Shown in pieces: positions 34,501-47,400 of a stretch of DNA of 64,000 nt. Source of the stretch: Hydrolagus affinis (Eukaryota); the NCBI GenBank assembly GCA_012026655.1, contig JAAILG010000009.1, positions 62,001 to 126,000 on the forward strand, written 5' to 3'. The first letter of the stretch is position 1; each line of letters starts with the position of its first letter. A model generated the notes under the pieces. That model worked only from the letters and a program-made list of their open reading frames with translations, searched no databases and had not been told where the DNA came from. The translations under genes were made by a program, and so were the position numbers.

Positions 34501-36346
34501 TAGAGCATTCAATACCCTTGTAACCCTCTGTGCAAAGAAATAGTTACTGCCCCCAGTTCTGCCTTAGTTCTGAATTTTTAACGCTTCATCATCTTTCAAA
34601 TTGTGTCTATTTTCTTTTCTTTTGAGATGAAATCTTCTTTGCAGCATCTCATCTGATGGGCATGCTCAAGGGTCTGATGATATGCAATCAGTGTTAGCTT
34701 TAGTCTGCAATTATCAAAGTGGTCTGAATCATATTACAACATATGAATGTATTCCAATTGCTTCAACCAGTCAAAATAAACAGTAGTTGGACAACTTACA
34801 CTAGTCCCAATGCCACCTCCAATACTCCATCCAGGCTAAGATAAACATCATTTGAAAATTTGATACCAATATCTGGAATGAACTGTGCACTGGAGTTGTG
34901 AAATCCAAAATCTGTAACCCGTATCCTGGGATAACAATAGAAATCATTTATAATTGTTATGCAATCACATCTCTTTATTCTCAGAAAAAGGAGTGATGTC
35001 GACATTGTGATTTCATCCAGCTCACCCTCCATCCATTTTATTTCGCTCACCCATTCCCTCAATAACCTGTAAATGTTATATTACGTTTTTGGAAGCGAAG
35101 CACAAAAATATTGCTTATGTGGCCCATGGGCATATCTCAAATAGGGCACCTAGCCCTCAGCAACCAAAAGGTTGGACCACCTGGATACAAGTTATGTTAT
35201 AACTTCTTACTGAAAATGTGGCCATAAGAGAACCAACTGCAATTTGCAATTCAAATTAGCGCATGCTGTGTTTAAATTTGACATCATTCATCAATGGTTT
35301 ACCGCAGCAACCCAGTGTGAGAAATACATCAGTACATGGTTTTATCCACTAAGTACACTGATCCCACCCAGAAACAAACTTCGGAATTTCAACTGTATTT
35401 GATAGCATATCAGTTGATGAGTCACTTTTATTGCAAATGTTTTTCAGCATAGGAAATGTGCACAGGTAAAGTAGTTGAGGTACCCTTTCTTGTTGACCTT
35501 CCAAGGAGAGTAGGGCCAAAGTCAAAAGCAGTACAGTAGTTCAATACAACAAAACCCTGTTAAACTACTTCCATACGTACCTTGATGCTTTGTAATCCAC
35601 CCATCCCAAAAAGTCTTTTTTTCCAGTTTCATCTGGCAATTGAAACTCTTTAATCTTCTGCTCCAGAAAATTTACACCAATTTTCCTGGCTAATGATATT
35701 ACATTATAGGTAATTAATACACACTTAGCACTGTAAAACATATTGGTGTTTAGTAACAGGAGATAGTAAAAATCCAGTATATTTTAAGGTGGATAACTTT
35801 AAACAACTGGAAGCTTGTTAATGTGATATCAGTAATACAGTAGTATGTTAAGTACCATTTAAAACTACATAGTGTCCTGAAAATCATCCATTTTATTCCA
35901 AAGCACAAAGCAGAGATAATAAGTACAGTACCATTAAATGTGCACCAATAAATTCATTGTAATGTTTTTATTTTTAATGAAACTTTTTTCTCTCGTGTAA
36001 CAGACCCAATATAAAATCATTTAAAACATGATTTTAAATATCTATATGAAGACAGAAGTGACAATCCTTATACAATTCATATATTGATAGGGTTTTGCAT
36101 AATTTCCATAGATTTCCAGTGTATGGAAACAAAACAGGCCATTCAGCCCAACTTGTCCGTACCTGTGTTTATACTCCACATGAACCTCAGTTAACAACTT
36201 CCGAAAGAAAGGATATAAGCATTCACACTGCACTCACCAAATTGTAAACCTTTGTGTGTAATTTTAATTTTCGTTCCTGGGTTGGATGCAAGCGTTCCCA
36301 TCACAGTAAAGAGCAGAAAAACAGAAGCATAAACTGACAGGAACAT
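25530..36346 (-). CDS. BPI/LBP/PLTP-family (BPI-fold) secreted lipid-binding protein, 15 coding exons, 468 aa
   Basis: Exons, all GT-AG with consistent phases: 36346-36238, 35689-35581, 34925-34800, 34072-33920, 32934-32871, 32095-32041, 31935-31844, 31341-31165, 30620-30561, 29870-29703, 28842-28775, 27866-27824, 27601-27538, 26692-26616, 25571-25530 (1407 nt). A signal peptide is followed by SNPGTKIKITHKGLQFA; other motifs are DYSLDGDPVIT, MLYIGISENFFNAMGFAYYAAGALQINIT and terminal FGTDF. The Cys pair sits in exons 4 and 6. The exon-size series 92/177/60/168/68/43/64/77 is what I recall for BPI/LBP. Exact ortholog not determinable by eye. Confidence 0.93.
26816..27110 (-). mobile_element. 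Near full-length tRNA-derived SINE
   Basis: The minus-strand head gtggagtcctgTAGCTCAGCGGttagagcactcgccttgcaagcgag...GGATTCAATGCC carries A- and B-box-like motifs. It is followed by a conserved body and an (ATT)n tail with an L2-like gcgctatatcaaatg end. Confidence 0.9.
33442..33861. mobile_element. Non-autonomous Tc1/mariner (Tigger/pogo-like) MITE, containing a nested fragment of another element
   Basis: TA|cagtaaaagcctggttatccggca ... tgccggctaacaaagcttttactg|TA gives terminal inverted repeats with a TA target duplication. It is inverted relative to the copies at 47445 and 63174. Confidence 0.85.
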
Positions 36347-37006
36347 ATTTGTCAGATGCACTCAATATCAAGGTCAACGGATATACCTGCAATAATATAT
36401 TTTGTATCAAATGGCAGTACTTAAGCAACACTTAAATCATCTATCCATAACATTAAAACATCAGAAACACATTACTGGAAATCATATCTTCAGTGGCCTC
36501 TAAACAAATTATTACAGCACAACCCAAACCCAGTTGGTGTGCACTATGACATTTGTCAAATCTTGTCAAATGTTCTTTTATGTGAAAGGAGCTGTATTCA
36601 TGCAAGTTGTTGTCACTAAAATTTTGGCAAAATTTCCTGTCCAATTATTGTTTCCAAATACTGTACTGCGCAAAATTGACAACATTTCAAGCAGTACCGA
36701 ACAAAGGGATTTCAATTCCATCAATTTTCTCTAACATCAGCTTTCATAATAACTTACACAACCACAACTTGTATTTTTAAAAGATTTTATTGTATAAAGT
36801 TTATAATATATATTGTTATATTTTAACTGATCTTCAACATGAGAATGTTGCATTGTACTGTCCTTCTATTCAATGCCTTTTACCCTGGTAATAAGTGAAA
36901 ATACATAAATACCTTATCTAGAGTTCCAAATGCATACTTTCATATGGAGTTTTTGAATAAGTTAATTGTAAAACAATATCAAATACTTAACCAAGTAACA
37001 GCTTAC

Positions 37007-37130
37007 CTTTACCACAGAAATTAACCTGCAGAATGACTTCACGTAGCTACTTGTTAGATGTGGAAAGAGGAAGATTTCAGACCAAATGCAAAGAAATCAG
37101 ACAATGTGGGACCAACTGCACTGTTTATAC
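37007..37130 (-). promoter_or_regulatory. Putative TATA box and non-coding first exon of the BPI-fold gene
   Basis: Minus strand: TATAAA at 37129-37124, donor aag|gtaagc at 37007/37006, acceptor ttgcag| at 36387/36386, 40 nt ahead of the ATG. Confidence 0.5.
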
Positions 37131-38496
37131 TACCCAAAATCAGCAACAAAACAAAAAGTAGCTATCAGTGAATAAATTAGGACCTTCTAAAGAGACTGAC
37201 AAAACAGTCTGTTTTGTTATAAAAACATAAAAGCGTTATGTTTTAACAAGTCCTCAACATTAGTTTGTTGCAAATGTACAGCATTGTTTTATTGAAGGAC
37301 AAAGAGAAATACGGAACTGCTAGTTTCAAAGCTTTTGACCATGTACAGTACAGCACTGTCCATTTAGTGCCTTCTACCCAGGGAATAAGTGTGTCGAATG
37401 CCTTGAGTATACCCTTGCTGTCCTAAATATGTAGGTTACAAATTGCAGTTTTCAATTTGCTCTTTGTCAACCTTGCTGCAGACTCCACATTTATGACATA
37501 CTTAATAAAAAACCATTCCGTGAATCTGTGTGCTGCAGTTGGTAAGAGCATTTTAGTTAGATTGGATACGACAGTGATTACCAAATTTAATAGACAAAAT
37601 TAAAAGCAATAGAATGAGATGCAGCCTTGAAGAGGGATGGGTGAGAAGCAGCCTCAGACAATAGTGCTCCTGCCTCTGAATCTGCCCATTACAACTTCAG
37701 GAAACCTATCAGAAAGGCAGCTACCACAGTATGACCCCACCTCTAACCACCTGGAACAACCTATATACTGTTCTATGAAAGAAAAATGCCAATATAAAAA
37801 AGGTAAACCGCAAGCATTGAGCAGCGATTTGAGACATACAACAAATTCCAGGATGAATATGTGAAAGATGCCTGAATGCAGGATGTCCAACAATAAACAT
37901 CAAGTCCTTGCATTTGATATAGCAGCTTATCACATCGTTGAGACGTCTCAAAGCATTTCACAGGATACATAGTAAAGTGAATTATACATGGCCGAAACAA
38001 AAATAAACTAAAGAAGTGCATACGTTTTGAAAACTTTATTTGTAACAAGCGCTGACACAACATGTTTACACTTCTGGTTCCCCATCGGTACAAAAAATGT
38101 TTTCTGCTGCATTGTTCATTGAGAAATTTTCATGTTGTGACAAACAAATGTCTGAAATATTTAACAATACATCGGAGTTTGATTGGAAATGAACACACTA
38201 AGAACATTTGTAACCGATAAACACACAAATCTGCCTTAGTTTTATTGTAGAGGTATACATTCATGCAGTGCCGAATAGTTATTTGAGGTTTACTCTTAAT
38301 CCTCATTAATATTGGTAATATATTTGTTGTTGCACAAGCAATATTTTATCTATGTGTCGTTCAGAAAATAAATTGGGTATTAGCACATATTTTCCTTTAC
38401 CTAGTCTCAGGAACTGGATCTGAAATTACATTATACAAATCTGATTTGCCTGTTTCATTAGCCATCAATGTCTACTCTTGTCCACTACTAAACAAT

Positions 38497-41400
38497 TTAC
38501 TGCAAATGCTGTTTTGAGATCAATCTTGCTGAGTTCTTCAGTGTGGTATGACATACAGGAATTCCCTTTAAACTTTGAGAATTAGCAGCTGTTATCTGAA
38601 AGAGAAAAGGCACAATAATAAGAACAAATTGTATTTGCATAGCTCCTTCCACATTGAGAGGAACAGGTTAAAAATGTAATTAACTGTATTATTAACAAAC
38701 ATATTTGCATATACTGTACATCGGTTAAAATAGTTGTAAGCATTTGTGATTTCCCAACATAGGTAAAACTATTATAATGCTCTTGTTTTGTTAGTATTTT
38801 ATCCAAGAATTCTACACAATTTTATATCATTTCACAAGAATACAATTGGAAAATAAAATATTAGTATGAGAACAAGTGGTTTAAAATTAAAAATCTTACA
38901 TGGATATTCATGCAAAACGTCACTTACTTGCACTAATACATAATCTCCAGGTTTGACAGGAGCAAGCTGCCCAGGTGATTGGTTACATGCTATCTCAACA
39001 TTGGGAAATATTACTTTAGTGTTACCATCATTTCTTCCGCAAAGTTCCTGCTCGGATTTCTTACTAAACTGGAAAAAGAAATAATGAATTGATATACAGT
39101 GGTTTATACTGTAGACATCTTCCCTTTGTGACAGGCACAATGCAAATAATTTTTTTAATTGTATTTTACATTAGATTTCATTGCTTAATGAGATGCATTG
39201 CTAAACAATCTATTATTTTAAAATCTAAGTTAAAAAATAGAAATTTGTGCGGGCTCACTTTTATCTGTTCCAATTAAGGTTACTGTTACATCAAACAAAT
39301 GAGGTTCATTTGGGTTTGAAAATTTGACATTGTTTGCCAAGGTCAACAACATTATGTACTCACTCACCCCTTCAACTAACACAAGTTGCTCACTTCCAAT
39401 AAGCTCCGAGTTGAGTTTAGCTGCTTCTTCTCGGAAAACACTGATAAGTTCTTGCAAACGCCTCTGCTTTACTGTGGCAGGTACATCATCCTGCAATCTA
39501 TGATGTGCATGGGTTTTCTAGGAATAATAATAATCATAATAATCCTTGCATTTGATATAGCGCTTTTCACATCTTATCGACATTTCAAAGTGCTTCACAG
39601 AATGTACTGTAAAGTGAATTGACTGTATATTTGTGGGCAAAACGCAGCAGCCAATTGCACATGGCAGTGTCCCACAAACAGTCGTGGATTGAAATGACCG
39701 ATTTTTATTTATGTGTTTTTTGGGGGGACGGATTATTATTAGGCGTGTGGGAGTAAGGAAACTTGCCCAAGGTTTCGCCATGATCTGCCTGGAATTCGAA
39801 CACAGGTCTCAGGCTTGTAAGACAAGAGCTCTAACCAGCTATAGGAGCTCTAGATTCTCTTCAGGACTCACAGGGGAGGATTGTATAATAAGTATCAATC
39901 ATGAAGTTCTTACAAAACAACTTTTTTTTAATTTTAAGATTTCTATACCTAACCGTTGACATCACAGAGGGGAATTGAATTGTAGAATTGAACATGATTT
40001 TAAAATAGACCTAGCAGAACATATTTATTTAAACATCACCCTTCAATGTTACTTACTTTTCTCAGGAAAACATTCTCGTTAGGAATATTCTTGCTCCAAA
40101 TGCTATACATGTCATTAAGGATTGGAACATTCTTCCTATGTACAGACGTCAGTGGGTTCAAGAGCTTCATGTGGACTGGTGTGATAATCAGCTTGAAGCT
40201 CAAGATCGGAAGCTTTGTTCTATCACATGGTGTCACTTCAGGTCTCCCACAATAAGAGAGTCCCTGAATTATGTGCTTCAAAAAGTGCCAAACTATAAGT
40301 AATTTTGTGCTGAGACCTCTAAATGCCACTGATCTCCCTCATTATTCAACTGACAGGCTATCACCAACAAAAGTTTCAAAACGATAAAAAGCGGTGCACC
40401 AATGTTCGTTGATAATTCCTATATAATGCTGATTTATTTTCCCCCCAAAGAGATTACATTAGCCAGTTAATAACTTGCAACTTCTCTCTCACTCCTTTTC
40501 TGAATACCAAGATAGTATTTACCTTTTTCTAGTTCTCAGATTTAGCTTGAATGTTTAAATAGAGCTTCTAATAATGCTTTAATAGGGGATGATATTTATT
40601 TTTGACAATGAACATCAATATAGGCACAGGCAAATAAGAGGCCTGATGATTTTGTGACAAAAGGACCAAGTATTTTGCATTACTAATAGATTACATAGCT
40701 CACCTTTCTCATGCTGTAGGCAAACAGAAATCCTATATTGTATCGAACCAGTCTAAGAACAGATATTGTTTGCAAGTGATCATCTTCAGTCTCGCCGCAA
40801 AATCCAGCGATGAAGTCACTACTTAAGCATACACCTATGGTTTGTAACAGTGCATTTGTATATTACATGTAACAAAGTGTGCATTACTATTTCTTAACCA
40901 ATTATAAGCAAAGATCACATACATTTTCCTATTGTTTATAAATGTATGTCAGGAACATAAATTTAAAAAATTTAGTAATTTGAACAATGCAAAGGTGCTA
41001 AGACAAGTTAGTGCTGATGAATAAATATGTCTGTCTATGCATCCCAGCATTGGCTACTCCCAGCTTTTTGATTCTCAAAAGGATCTTAAACACAATTAAT
41101 AAATTGTTGCCCGATTTATTAAACGTACAAACATTATCATTATAATGAGGAACAACCCTTCAACAATATGTGAAAGAATATGCAGAGTTTGGATGGGAAG
41201 GACTGATGTCCTTCATTCAAGGAACCAGTTAATATTCAAGGAAGCTGCACCAGAAGCCTGAACAGACATAATCAAATGGGATGTCTAAAAAGGATCTAGC
41301 TCCTTTGGGAATAATAGTATTAAGAGGTTGGGAGAAATGGGATTAAATCTGACATGATCTCATAAAATGGCAATCAGCCTTAAAGGGCTGAATAGCCTCC

Positions 41401-44400
41401 TCCTATGTTCTTAACTGAATCTTTCTGGTCTAAAACAGGAAATTATAAACTAGTGACAGTAGAAAGGCAAACATTCTTAAAGGCCACAGTGTGAATAAGG
41501 AATAAAAATAAGGAACAAATGTTACCTGGGATTATTCTACGTACACGCTCAACAAGTTCTAAGTATGATTCTCTGGTATATCTGTGAGAATAAAAAGTAG
41601 AAAAATAAGAGACATAAGAAGCTTACTAACAAAGAAGTATCTAAGAAGGAAAACATTTTTTAAAAACTCAAAAAACTGCAGTTGCTGGAACTGACTTTGG
41701 TTCTGACAAAGGATCATGGACCTGAAATGTTGACTCACTTTTCCTTTCTCCATAGATAGAGTGTTCCCAGGAATTTCTGTTTTAGGAAAACATATTTCTG
41801 TAGTTTGATGTTTTTTTTGATGTAGCAACTCATTCACAGATTCACCCATCTGTCACTGCTGAGTAGCTTTTTAAACAAATATCAGGGCTAAAATGACAAG
41901 TCTGTGTAAGGATTCAAGAGGTAAAAAAAAAAAAAATGGTTTCCCCAGAAAAAAATGAGAATGCACTCAATAAGAAATTCCTTTCTTGGCCAACCAGTAA
42001 TTTTTGTTTTAATTTGAAAATTACTCTAAAAATGAATTAATTCCATTCAATGTAAATCACGGTCACCAAAGAGAATTTTCTGGGATAAATGAGAACAAAT
42101 TAAATAAATGGTTTACAAAAATACACAGGCACTACATTTTACAGTATACCCTGTGAAGCGATTTGACATGTGCCCGAGACATGAAAGCTGCTGCATCAGG
42201 ATTCTTATTAAATCACCATAATATTGAAATCCCTAATTGCTTAGCGAATATATTTGTATGTTAGCCTCATTACAATGCAACCATGCAGATTAATTAATCT
42301 GTGCTTGAGTTTTTGAATTGAATCCTAAATCCACTTATATGTCTGAATTACATATCCTCAGTAATATGATTCAGTGCATAAGTACCCACTTTATAAAGGG
42401 TTTATTAACTTATAAATCAACATTTCTGTGAATAGCATTCAGTGTTTCAAAAAAATACATACAGGTTATTAATGATAAGTTTCTTTTATAAAGAAACTTA
42501 TTTTTTCCGTTACAACAATCAATCTACAAATCAAAAATATAATACTGTGGAACTCCATTGGCTGAAATCTGCTTACCCTCTTCTCATTGTTCTGAGAACC
42601 TGTGAGCTGCCACTCTGTATTGGTAAATGGAGGAGTTTACAAATGTTGTCCCTGGCTTGGATAATATGTAAAACCTATGAGGATGGAAATAAAAACAGGC
42701 TTTAATTTTAAGGTTCATCATGGTATTTAATGTTGAATAATGCTCTTTATTAACTAGACATGGTGCTCTCAATAATAAAAACTGGACCAATAAATGAAAT
42801 ATAACGACAATTTTGACTTCATATTTAGTTTATTAACCTGCAGTGAATGCTGGGTTCATCATTGTATCTAATGTTGAATAATCCATCTAAATTATTTTTA
42901 AACAAATGTATTACCCGAAACATAATATAAAATATTGCAAGCAAAGATATAAAAAGGTGGAGAAGCAATAAAACATAAGCAGATTTTATTACAATAATAA
43001 CCCTTGCATTTGATGCATCGCTTCACATCAAAATCCTTCAAATCGCTTTACAGTAATTACTTTTAAGAGAAGTGATTATGGATTAGTAGGCAAAAACAAC
43101 AGCCAATTTGCACACAACAATATCCCATAAACAGCCAGGACTGTTTGAGGACTGTTGGCCAGAACACCTGGAGAAACTCCTGTCTCTTTTCAAACAGTAT
43201 CTCCACGAGTTATTTTATGTACATCTAATCAGACAGACAAGATCTGACCCAGAGGTGAGATTGTTACCAACTGAGCCCAGCTCATGGCTCCAAACTATCC
43301 AAACCATGCGTCACCCATTCTAATGTTATGCATTTAATTAAAATTGAGCATTTTGCAAATACGGGATTTTTCCTGGTTGTCATTCTTATCTTTAAACTGA
43401 CCATGTCCCCTTCTTCTGCTTTGAAAATGCGAATTTAGAAGGCTAAATAGTCTCAAGTATTTAACAAACATTTTCTGGATGTATTGCTCCTGTCCCATCA
43501 GGTTTATATGAATTATCTGGAAATATAGCACAGAAGAAAGTATATTCCTTATAATGAAAACATGATGATCATTACTGTACCTCATCTGGGAAATCTTTAG
43601 GATGAGGAGACGTAAAACGGATTCTCATCTCTGGATCGATCGTGGAAACCTGCTCCAACAAATCAGCAAAACGTAAGCCTCCATGTTTGCTTTTGTAAAC
43701 AGTATGAAACCCACGGCTCAGATGAGTAGGCTCTTTCGTGTGAAATTGGACCTCAGAAGTATCACAGTAGCTGTTGACATTCTGCCCCAGTAATGTTACC
43801 TCTTTCACGCCCTGTAATCAGAAATACATGCCCATTTAATCAGACTCAACACACCATTCAGCAAATAATCACTACTGCAAATTCCATCTTCACATATTAA
43901 CTTTCTTTCTGCTCTCACTAATTCCTTTAAAATTACCCTATTTTCCTTTCCACGTAATTGATTCATGTTTGAAGTCTTACAAGTTTTGAAACAGTATCTC
44001 TAGGGTCCTTTCATCTCGTTTACATTTAGGAATGCACAATATTTCCTATTTTTATATTAAAAAAATCTCCTCCAACAAAATATTAAAAGGTAAAGTGTCC
44101 TCCATGAAAACCACTTTCCCAATTTATTCTCGCGAATAACATAATTACATTTGTACAGTGCCTTTCACTTAGGGAGGATGTCCCATGAATGGGGTTGATT
44201 TGATCAACTATGTTGATTGAATCCTATTTTCTGACCATCATGTGTGATTAATATCTGAGGTTTAATATCCAGAAGTTTTCAAAAGTGGAATTACCTGATC
44301 TGACAACACCCTGACTTCCTCTAAAATGGACGAAACTGGTCTGCTTCTTTCACGCCCACGAGTGAACGGAACAATACAATAGCTGCACATATTGTTGCAT

Positions 44401-47400
44401 CCCCGCATTATGGAGCTGGAACAGAAATGTCTTCTTTTAGGTGCAGCTAATTCAGTCTCTTTGTTCTGGATGTTAAATAATAACTGCTCACAATTCTGCG
44501 TATCCCAAGTTCTCCGGTAGTAGCACAAAATGTATATGTACTGTATTATGAATGACTGAGCTCTGAATTCTTTTGGGTGCTATGACCCAAAATTGTAGGT
44601 TCATAATATCTTTTTTCAGTTAATGACTAAAAGAAAAGCATTTTTTGACTACAAGTAAATTACCAAAGCAAGTTACACAAGAACATTCTCAGATATCATC
44701 TATGTTCAACTCGAGAGCAATATTAAAGGCCTGTGGGTAAAGGCCTGTGAGTGAATAGCCTGCCAACATAGTTGGCAAAGGAATGTTACAAAAGATGAAA
44801 CAAAGAAAAGTATTATGTATTAAGCAATATTAGTAGCACGGGGAGGAGACAGAGAAGACTTCAATCGGCAAAGCTTTCAGCTACTTTGCCACACCCTCTG
44901 GAACTCTCTTCTGAAGTCCTTCACTTCTAATCCACATTCCAAAACTACCACCAGTGATACAATTGTTGACTACCTCCCTTCTAACCATCTACCAGCTCTG
45001 GCTTTCACCTAATCTCTGAGAAGCATTTTGAGACATTCTCCTGGTGTGAATGGCACCGATCACTATAAAAGTGAAAATTGATTATTTCTTTCAGCCCTCA
45101 GTTCAGATTAGCCAATTCAGGTTACACTTACATGAAAGCAGATTTATTCTTTGAGTTAACTTGAACTGGCATGACATCCGCATAAGTCTCATCCAATGAC
45201 AATAAAACATTCACAGCTTTTTGACCAGCTTCAGCTACTGTCAGGAGTCTTGGAAGATCACGGTATGAATCCGGCCCAGCCAGTACATCTACGAGTTTCT
45301 CCCTTTCCAGGATCTCCTCTTTTAGTCTCTCGGCCATACATCCTATTTATTACATCAACACCAATATCAGACCCACTAGAAGTGGTTTTTCACTTAAACG
45401 TAAAATAAGTTAACCATACAATTCAACATACATTCCTTCAATAACATGGTTATTTTAATTGGAAATAGATTTAATGTTAAAAGTATGCAAATTAATATTA
45501 AATTGAATATTTATATATTCCTGATATATCAAGTTTTCTATGTACTTATTCAACAGGCCAATTGATAGGTCTATATTTCACATACTGTTCAAGTCATTCG
45601 ACTAAAACAAAATGTGGTGTTTTAAAAGAATGCATTACTTTTTTTTAATATATAAATTCTGAACAGTCAGTAGTTAGAGACCACTATACCTAAAATTCCA
45701 ATTTTAAGTGGAACCTGGGACTTTGTCCGTTTGTCTTTCAGAGTCACAAAGTGCTTCAGCCTGTTCCAAATGGTCTGCTCTGCTTTTTCCCTGAAAGTTC
45801 AAATCATATAGTGGAATTAGCTTGTGAAGCATTATAGGCGAGTTGACTTAGCATAAAATGGTGCTCGACATAAATTGTTTATGATGCATTATTAGGTGTG
45901 TGCTGTTGTACTGCATGTATTTTGCCTACATTGGAAAATTATTGAACACTTGTACTGCTGTACCTTAACTGAAATATTGCTTATGATTGTACTCATCTAT
46001 CTTTATTAATCTTGCTAGAAATATGTAATGCCTGTCTTATCCTTATCTAATGTTGTTGCTCAGTTTGAGAGGGTAAAGAGGAAAAAGGGATGTGTAACCA
46101 GATGGTCTTTGTCTTTTCCTTATCTAATAGCCTTGCTCATTTTGGTATGGTAATGAGGAAAAAAGTATGGGCAAACATATGGTCTATGTTATGTGAGATA
46201 TAAGCCAAACAGATGGTGTCTGTGTTCATAGTTAGATGGCCTTGTCCATATCTAATGTCAGTCATATAGAGAGGGAGTGTTCAAATGAGATTTGTTTGGT
46301 GAGAAGTAAAAATAAGAAAACGATATCTGTTAAGACAAACCAGATGGCCTTGTATTTGAGAATTAAAGGAAAGGTTGAGAAAACTGGTTTGCTCATGTGT
46401 ATAAATATGGACACGAACATGCCTGAAGTCAGAACAGACTCAGAAAAGGTATCTCTTCAAGAAGTAGAAACTCCTGGAACTACTTATTCTCTTCTCCAGA
46501 TTGTAACTATACATTTTTTGTGGAATTAATACTAACATAAAACATTGTTGACACAAATGTCCCTGTGAGTGTGAGTATCCTGGTATCACTGGCAGTTTAT
46601 TATTTTGTTTTCATCACTATTATACCATAAACCATAAGTAGTTAGAGCATTTGCCTCGCAATTGAGAGACCTGGGTTTGATTCCTAACCGGGCAAAATGT
46701 TGGGCAAGTTTCCTTACTCTGTTTATCTAGTGGTAAAGAGGAAGCGGGTTGTTAGTTGATTGGTGGATCACTTTTCTTTTTCAAAAAATAATTGGTCACC
46801 TCAATCCACAACTGTTTGTGGGACAATGCAGTGTGCAATTGGCTGTCGTGTTTCTCCCACCAAATATAGTCAATTCACTTTACGTGAATTCCATGAAGTG
46901 TCTCGAAAACGAGATTGGCCATATCAAATGCATTGATTACTAATATATCAAATACAAGTTTCAATGTTTATGAAAAAGAAAGTCTACAATCACACTGTTT
47001 ACAATGACTGCAACACTGGTGGGGGGGGGGGGAAAGCTATGAGACCTCTGCTCTTTAATACACATGAGTGTAATCTTTTAAGAAAAACAATTAGTAACAG
47101 AGGCCTATGGAGAATGGAACTGAACATTCTAGTCAATACAAGAGGGAAACCGAAGGAAACAGAATAAAGAAACAAATATGTACAGTACCTGATTGAACAT
47201 GTTACCAGTAAAACTACATCTGCCTGCAACACAAATAATATCAGACAGTTTGTTACAACAATTCTTTTTTTAAAAAAAAAGTACAAGAACCTCAAAGCAG
47301 TAATTTACTGTATAAACTTAGAATCTATTCACAGAATGATAAAAAGTTTATTGCACTGAAAGAAGTAATCCTTTTATTTGTGTCTGCTCTGTTGCTATCT

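Noticed and set aside
25530-36346. Naming the BPI-fold gene PLTP, BPI, LBP or BPIFC
   Set aside because: Family membership is clear, but the sequence is too divergent to choose an ortholog by eye.
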